Shown here piece after piece: positions 58,655-64,000 of a stretch of DNA of 64,000 nt. The number at the start of each line of letters is the position of its first letter. Position 1 is the first letter of the stretch. Origin of the DNA: Candidatus Poribacteria bacterium (GTDB lineage: Bacteria; Poribacteria; WGA-4E; PCPOR2b); NCBI GenBank assembly GCA_965116925.1, contig OZ220744.1:1440001-1504000 (forward strand), in the 5' to 3' direction. The notes under the pieces were generated by a model. That model was not told the DNA's origin and did no database searches. It saw only the letters and a program-made list of their open reading frames with translations. Both the position numbers and the translations under genes were made by a program.

Positions 58655-60229
58655 TTAACTTTGTTCGCGCGGAGTCATTGTGACCACTGGTATAATCAAT
58701 TCGCCCGTCGAGATACCACCATGTTGGAAGCCCCCTCGAAATTGGCGGGTATATTCATTGAATTGATTGGGGTAAACAAAGTAATAATCTTCTTTTGCAA
58801 TAATGTAGTTTTTACTTGCGTTTTCGGCAGGTAATCCATACCGTTTCGGATCGTCAATATAAATCGCTTGATCCGTATCGCAGCCTAAATTTGTACCAAC
58901 TTTAAAGCGCAGACTTGTAGAGGTTTCGCGGTTTCCATACGCTCTTGATGGTCGATTACAGAGAACCGAACCGTGATCTGATGTTAGAACGATAACGGCG
59001 TCCTGTTTCGAGATGATTTTTAGGATCTCGAACAGTGCCGAGTGAGCGAACCACGACTTTGTCAGAGATTGAAAGGCGGATTCATCCGGCGCAATCTGCT
59101 GAAGAATGTCTGACTGGGAACGCTGATGTGTCAACATATCAATAAAATTCACGACCAAAGCGGATAGGCTGATCCGATCAAACGAAGAGACTTGGCGTAT
59201 AAACTCATTGCCTCCCTTAGTATCGAAGATCTTAAAGTACTTTAATCCCGGTTTAAGCTTGATTCCTGCACGTTGGAGTTGGAGTTGGAGGAGTTGCCTT
59301 TCATAACGGTTCGTGCTAGTTTCGTCTGTGGCGTCCTCCTGCCAATACTGTGGGAATCTTTCCGCTAGCTCTTGCGGAAACAGGCCACTAAAAATAGCAT
59401 TGCGCGAGTAGAGCGTTGCGCTAGGTAGAATTGAAAAATAGTAATTCCTATCGATATAGAAATAGGGTTGGAGTACGGGTTCAATTGCTATCCAATGATC
59501 CAGTCGTAGGCAATCAACGACAATCAAATACACCTGGCGTTCCTGTTTCAGGTGAGGAATAACAAATTTATCAACAACATCAACTGATAGAATTGGGGAA
59601 TCCTTACCTTGTAACCAACGGAGGTAGTTTCCCTGCACATAATCAGAAAACAGTGCGTTACACTCTTTTTTTTGCTCTAAATGTGTTTCTTCAAGCCCTG
59701 TTTGTGCTAATTGATTCAACTCAAGATCCCATTCGAGCAACTTGAGATAGATATCTATCCATTCTCGCCAGTCCGGATTTGCGTCCTTACTGGCGCGGAT
59801 TTGGTTAAAATCGTGGGTATAGTTGCGTGGCACCTGTGCTTCAATGATATTAGTCTGATCTAGAACACGTTTTAAGGTCGAAGCGATCTGAGCCACACCA
59901 ATGGGCTTCACCAAAAAGTCGCTAACCCGTTTTCCTAGTGCCTCATTAATTAACTGGTCTTCGCTGCCTTGCGTGACCATAATCACAGGTAAGATAGGGT
60001 TAATTTCACGGATTTGGTCGAGTGTTGCCATGCCATCCTGCCCCGGCATAACCTGATCGAGCAAAACAGCATCATAGTAGGATTCCTTGAGTAGTGAAAT
60101 CGCATCAGTTCCATTGGAAACTGGTGTCACATCGTAAGATTTCTCACGGAGAAGAAGGATGTGGGGTTTCAGTGCATCAATCTCATCATCAACCCACAAG
60201 ATTTTACGCGTTATGTTTTGCGCTAACAC
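58655..60229 (-). CDS. PorX-like response regulator (REC + PglZ/alkaline-phosphatase domain)
   Basis: ILWVDDEID, LLDQVMPG, KP; VVDCLR, LPSAT.YSRNAIFSG, NFIDMLTH, TSDHG, FQHGG. Confidence 0.9.
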   Translation of the reverse strand: MLAQNITRKILWVDDEIDALKPHILLLREKSYDVTPVSNGTDAISLLKESYYDAVLLDQVMPGQDGMATLDQIREINPILPVIMVTQGSEDQLINEALGKRVSDFLVKPIGVAQIASTLKRVLDQTNIIEAQVPRNYTHDFNQIRASKDANPDWREWIDIYLKLLEWDLELNQLAQTGLEETHLEQKKECNALFSDYVQGNYLRWLQGKDSPILSVDVVDKFVIPHLKQERQVYLIVVDCLRLDHWIAIEPVLQPYFYIDRNYYFSILPSATLYSRNAIFSGLFPQELAERFPQYWQEDATDETSTNRYERQLLQLQLQRAGIKLKPGLKYFKIFDTKGGNEFIRQVSSFDRISLSALVVNFIDMLTHQRSQSDILQQIAPDESAFQSLTKSWFAHSALFEILKIISKQDAVIVLTSDHGSVLCNRPSRAYGNRETSTSLRFKVGTNLGCDTDQAIYIDDPKRYGLPAENASKNYIIAKEDYYFVYPNQFNEYTRQFRGGFQHGGISTGELIIPVVTMTPREQS

Positions 60230-61784
60230 TTTGTTCCCCTTTCTTTCTCCCCTTAAACTTCGTCCAGAACAGTGAACTTTTCGTCAGAAGTTTGGCTGTT
60301 TTCTCGTTTTCGGCGGTTTCTACGGGCAATACAATCTCAAAGGTTGTTCCCTGTGAACTAGTCTCAATGAGCCGAATCCGCCCATGATGATATGCTTCAA
60401 TGATTCGTTTAACAAGCGTCAAACCAAGTCCCCATCCATGTTTCTTTGTTGTCATCCCCGGACGAAAGATTTTATTCCGGTTTTGCCGGGGAATTCCTTG
60501 TCCATTATCTTTATACCGGACGACAATCTGATGCTGCTTTGGATGGAGCCGAGGATCGATTTCGATGACGCCATTTTCTTTGTCTATTGCATCCAGTGAA
60601 TTCCGGATCAGGTTTTCAAACACCCATTGTAACAGATCTGCATTCGCTACAATTTCGGGCAGTTCGTGGTCAATAACGCGCAACTCAACCTGTTTGCTTA
60701 GATTCGGCAAACGTTTTTGAAAGTATGCAACGGCATCGCCTATAACTGTGTTAATATCAATTCGGGTTTGTTGCGGATACGATCCAATCTTGCCGAAACG
60801 TTCCGTGATGCGCTGGAGTCGCGTAATATCGCTCTGCATATTTGCATAAATTTCGGCAGTTCTATTGTCTCCTCGATGCTTGTCCAACTCCATTGATAAC
60901 TCAACCCACCCCATCAAGGAAGAGATTGGTGTGCCAAGTTGATGTGCGGTTTCCTTCGCAAGTCCGCCCCAAATTGATGCCTGTTCAACGGTTTTAATCC
61001 GCCGATAGCTCAAAAAACCGACAATTAGAACCGTCGAGAAAACAACCACTAACACGATGGGCATAACGAAGATGCCGTAGTCGGGGGTGATTTCGTGGTA
61101 CAGATGTCCATGGAGGGAGCCAAGGTTAGTTTGCAGTGGGGTGTACCGCTCCATGGCTTTGGAATTTTGAACAAGCCGCTTTGCCCGCTCATATTGCTCC
61201 GCCGTAGCGGTTTCTGGCGTGAGCAATTCATCCCAGATTTTCCATTGTTTCGGGTTGTCTTTCAAATCCGTGAAAACAAACGGAAGCTGATCTATCGCAT
61301 TTCCATCTGCTTCACCATGATATAAATATCCATCAATCAGAAAATTATGAAGCGGCTTGGGATCATCGTACCGCTTCATCCGATTGAGAATATTATCAAG
61401 TTTTAACTTCTCAGCGTCAGAGAGCGGAATGTTATTATAAATCTTGCTTTCAATGGTCTTATCGCTGAGATTTTTCGCGACTTTGACTTGACCATCCTCG
61501 GCATCCGTGATGATAAATGAGAGCCGGCTTTCAGCTAACAGCTCCTCCTTGATAATCTGGCTCAACTGGCTTTGCAGCTGTACATCGTTGATCCTGGGAA
61601 GCAAAGCCTCAAGCTCCGCCAGCGGCTTCACCTGCTTCTCGAAGACCTCATTGTGTTGGAGAAGCAGTCGTGTATAATAGACAAAAGCAAGCGAAAGAAT
61701 CAGCAGCCCGACAATGAAGCAAGTAAGCAAGAAATTGGAGGCAGCGTAGCCGGTGGGAACAGTCCTCTGACGTTTGAAAAACAT
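60204..61784 (-). CDS. Membrane sensor histidine kinase
   Basis: Two TMs around a large periplasmic region; AKETAHQLGTP, ENLIRNSLDA, DNGQG, GWGLGL. Confidence 0.93.
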   Translation of the reverse strand: MFFKRQRTVPTGYAASNFLLTCFIVGLLILSLAFVYYTRLLLQHNEVFEKQVKPLAELEALLPRINDVQLQSQLSQIIKEELLAESRLSFIITDAEDGQVKVAKNLSDKTIESKIYNNIPLSDAEKLKLDNILNRMKRYDDPKPLHNFLIDGYLYHGEADGNAIDQLPFVFTDLKDNPKQWKIWDELLTPETATAEQYERAKRLVQNSKAMERYTPLQTNLGSLHGHLYHEITPDYGIFVMPIVLVVVFSTVLIVGFLSYRRIKTVEQASIWGGLAKETAHQLGTPISSLMGWVELSMELDKHRGDNRTAEIYANMQSDITRLQRITERFGKIGSYPQQTRIDINTVIGDAVAYFQKRLPNLSKQVELRVIDHELPEIVANADLLQWVFENLIRNSLDAIDKENGVIEIDPRLHPKQHQIVVRYKDNGQGIPRQNRNKIFRPGMTTKKHGWGLGLTLVKRIIEAYHHGRIRLIETSSQGTTFEIVLPVETAENEKTAKLLTKSSLFWTKFKGRKKGEQSVSAKHNA

Positions 61785-61983
61785 CTGTGTGCCCCAATCA
61801 AACACGACAAAAATTTATGCACGCACGAAATATATGTCTGATAGTATTGTATCAGACAACATAGTGTAAAGTCAAGCACTCGTTTGGGAGCTATCAAAAA
61901 CAGGCTTGACAGAGCCTTCTAGATTCCTTTATAATCAACTTCAGTTTTTTTACTCTTAATGTCAGTAAGTGGAAGGAATTTTG

Positions 61984-62931
61984 ATGAAACTTGTAGGTAG
62001 CAGTCTTCACTTGATCATCTCCATCTTGTCTGGTTTTCTCTGGTTCGGTTGCCAAGGCGGTGGATTTAACATCGGCGATGTAGGCACTAGCGAGAATCCA
62101 CTCCAAAAATCCGGTGAGTTGATGGAGAACGAGGTCTGGGCGGGAAAGGTTCAAATTGTCGGCGATGTCATTGTCCCCGAAGGGAAAACGTTGACTATTC
62201 GATCCGATTCGGTTGTCGGCCTGGATTCGGAAACAGGCACCCATCAACTGATTATCCGGGGATCGCTGTATGCAGAAGGCAAGCCGGACCGTATGATTAT
62301 ATTTGGTTTACTCGGATCCGAGACAAAACCGCCCAAAACCGGCGATTGGATCGGCATCCGATTTGAAGGGACTAGTCCCAATTCTCATCTGAGTTACTGC
62401 CGCATTCAGGAAGCTGCGATCGCACTATCTTCGCAATCTGACGGCGTGCAGATTGAAAGTTGTCTACTACAGAATAACGAGATGGCAATCCTCTGTGACG
62501 ATAGTTCCCCAACGATAAGTGACAATCAAATCGACAAGAATGGCACGGCAATTAAATGCCTAAAAAATGCGTCCCCAGAAATAGCCCGAAACTCAATTCT
62601 AGCGAATGAGTTAGGGATTGTTTGCGATGATGGCTCCCGACCGACGATTCACTACAACGAAATCTCCAGCAATTATCAAGATGCGATTAGATGTCACGCC
62701 TCTGCTTCGCCCGAGATCGTTTCCAATAATATCACTTCCAATGGAGGATGGGCGGTATATGATGGGGGTCGTTTACGCGAAAATTATATCAGTGGGAACA
62801 AGGAGATAGGGGCAGGGGTTGTTGACCGTGGCACGGGACGTGAGAGTGGGCAATTCTACGGCGTAGATGAAGTTTTGGATCCGCGCGCTGCTCCTGTGCC
62901 TGATGCCGGCACACAACGGGAAGGATACTAG
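61984..62931 (+). CDS. Right-handed beta-helix repeat lipoprotein
   Basis: Lipobox-like WFGC; GDWIGIRF; repeats SSPTISDN, ASPEIARN, SRPTIHYN, ASPEIVSN. Confidence 0.8.
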   Translation: MKLVGSSLHLIISILSGFLWFGCQGGGFNIGDVGTSENPLQKSGELMENEVWAGKVQIVGDVIVPEGKTLTIRSDSVVGLDSETGTHQLIIRGSLYAEGKPDRMIIFGLLGSETKPPKTGDWIGIRFEGTSPNSHLSYCRIQEAAIALSSQSDGVQIESCLLQNNEMAILCDDSSPTISDNQIDKNGTAIKCLKNASPEIARNSILANELGIVCDDGSRPTIHYNEISSNYQDAIRCHASASPEIVSNNITSNGGWAVYDGGRLRENYISGNKEIGAGVVDRGTGRESGQFYGVDEVLDPRAAPVPDAGTQREGY

Positions 62932-62938
62932 GCATGAT

Positions 62939-63634
62939 ATGGCGAAAGCTACTCAAAACTCAGTAGGTCATCATAACTGGTCAGCGTGGGTCGGCACAGA
63001 TGAAGCGGGCAAAGGGGATTATTTCGGGTCGTTGGCAGTAGCTGGTGTATATGTTGACCCTGAAGTCCGTGAAATACTGCACACATTGGGTGTCCGTGAC
63101 GGGAAACAACTTTCTGATCCGCAGGTCAAGAAACTTGCCAAAGCAATGCGGGTGCGCTGCGGTGAAAATATCTCGTGGGCAAGCCTTGAACCGACCGGAT
63201 ATAATGAACGATACGCTTTATTCAGGAGAAGCGGCCGAAATCTGAACCATCTGCTTGCGTCGCTTCACGCCGAAGTGATTCGGGACCTCCTCAAACGGGT
63301 GGACTGCCGTTACGTCCTTGTAGACCGTTTCGCCAAGGAAGAAGTATTGGAAACAGAGATGCAGGTTGTTCTGAATCCCAACATCACGTTGGTGCAAATG
63401 CCGAAGGCAGAGAGCGATATTGCTGTCGCTGCTGCATCAATTATTGCCCGTGACATTTTTCTTCAACAACTAGAACAACTCTCCAAAAAATATCAAATCC
63501 AATTACCCAAAGGCGCGTCGCAAGTCATTGACGCAGGCAAACAGTTTGTTAAACAGCACGGTGCTAGATCTTTGTATCATGTCGCTAAGCTGCACTTTCG
63601 GACAACGACGGACATTTTAGGAGATGAACAGTAA
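62939..63634 (+). CDS. rnhC: Ribonuclease HIII, catalytic domain only
   Basis: GTDEAGKGDYFG, NLNHLLA..H, VAAASIIAR, LPKGA, AKLHFRTT. Confidence 0.88.
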   Translation: MAKATQNSVGHHNWSAWVGTDEAGKGDYFGSLAVAGVYVDPEVREILHTLGVRDGKQLSDPQVKKLAKAMRVRCGENISWASLEPTGYNERYALFRRSGRNLNHLLASLHAEVIRDLLKRVDCRYVLVDRFAKEEVLETEMQVVLNPNITLVQMPKAESDIAVAAASIIARDIFLQQLEQLSKKYQIQLPKGASQVIDAGKQFVKQHGARSLYHVAKLHFRTTTDILGDEQ

Positions 63635-63666
63635 GCTGAAAGCGCAATAAAAGGGGGGAAAACGTT

Positions 63667-64000
63667 ATGTTGACTCGCTTAAAAGTTTCTGGCTTCAAAA
63701 ACCTTGTTGATGTTGATGTTCCCTTAGGACCCTTTACCTGTGTTGCTGGTGCGAACGGCACAGGCAAATCGAATCTGTTTGATGCAATTCAGTTTCTCAG
63801 TGCCTTAGCCAATGATACATTGATTGATGCAGCCCGGTCAGTACGCAGTGAGGAAGGAAGGACAAGTGATGTGCGTAATCTGTTTCATCGTATTGGCGAT
63901 ACGGATACCACAGAGATGTCCTTTGAAGCCGATATGATAATTACCCAAACAGGGATAGATGACTTGGGACAGCAGGCAAAAGCAACGACGACGTTTCTCC
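63667..64000 (+). CDS. ABC-like AAA family ATPase, 3' end outside window
   Basis: Not in ORF track. MLTRLKVSGFKNL...FTCVAGANGTGKSNLFDAIQFL (Walker A). Confidence 0.8.
   Translation, partial: MLTRLKVSGFKNLVDVDVPLGPFTCVAGANGTGKSNLFDAIQFLSALANDTLIDAARSVRSEEGRTSDVRNLFHRIGDTDTTEMSFEADMIITQTGIDDLGQQAKATTTFL

Noticed and set aside
58655..60229. BREX defence system suggested by the PglZ domain
   Set aside because: PglZ is fused to a receiver domain (PorX architecture) and no brx or pglX genes are present

Overview
Bacterial chromosomal window, mostly housekeeping and metabolic genes: tamB-like, rpmB, rel, recJ, thrB, obg, proB, argF, thrC, liv genes, rplU-rpmA, rng and rnhC. The gene content (DUF6785-type membrane protein, PhyH, Gfo/Idh/MocA, GHL10-like hydrolase, PorV-like barrel, PorX-like regulator) suggests Candidatus Poribacteria or a relative; this is inference only. 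Most notable: (1) two full-length, uninterrupted apparent pseudoenzymes, a P-type ATPase-like protein missing nearly all catalytic and ion-binding motifs and a NadB-like flavoprotein missing its active-site residues; (2) a sulfur-relay locus (sulfite/nitrite reductase fused to HEPN-like and TusA domains, an unknown protein, MoeB) with a long structured leader, split by a toxin-antitoxin mosaic where toxins are mostly clipped and antitoxins kept; (3) hybrid non-coding elements with MITE-type inverted ends and target-site duplications that carry GTAG REP-type hairpins; (4) a TnpB-only IS200/IS605 element inserted exactly within the -10 box of a host promoter; (5) a coupled histidine kinase/PorX-like (REC+PglZ) pair plus a PorV-like gene. 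No rRNA, tRNA or CRISPR array was recognised. All family calls come from motif recognition by eye, not database searches.
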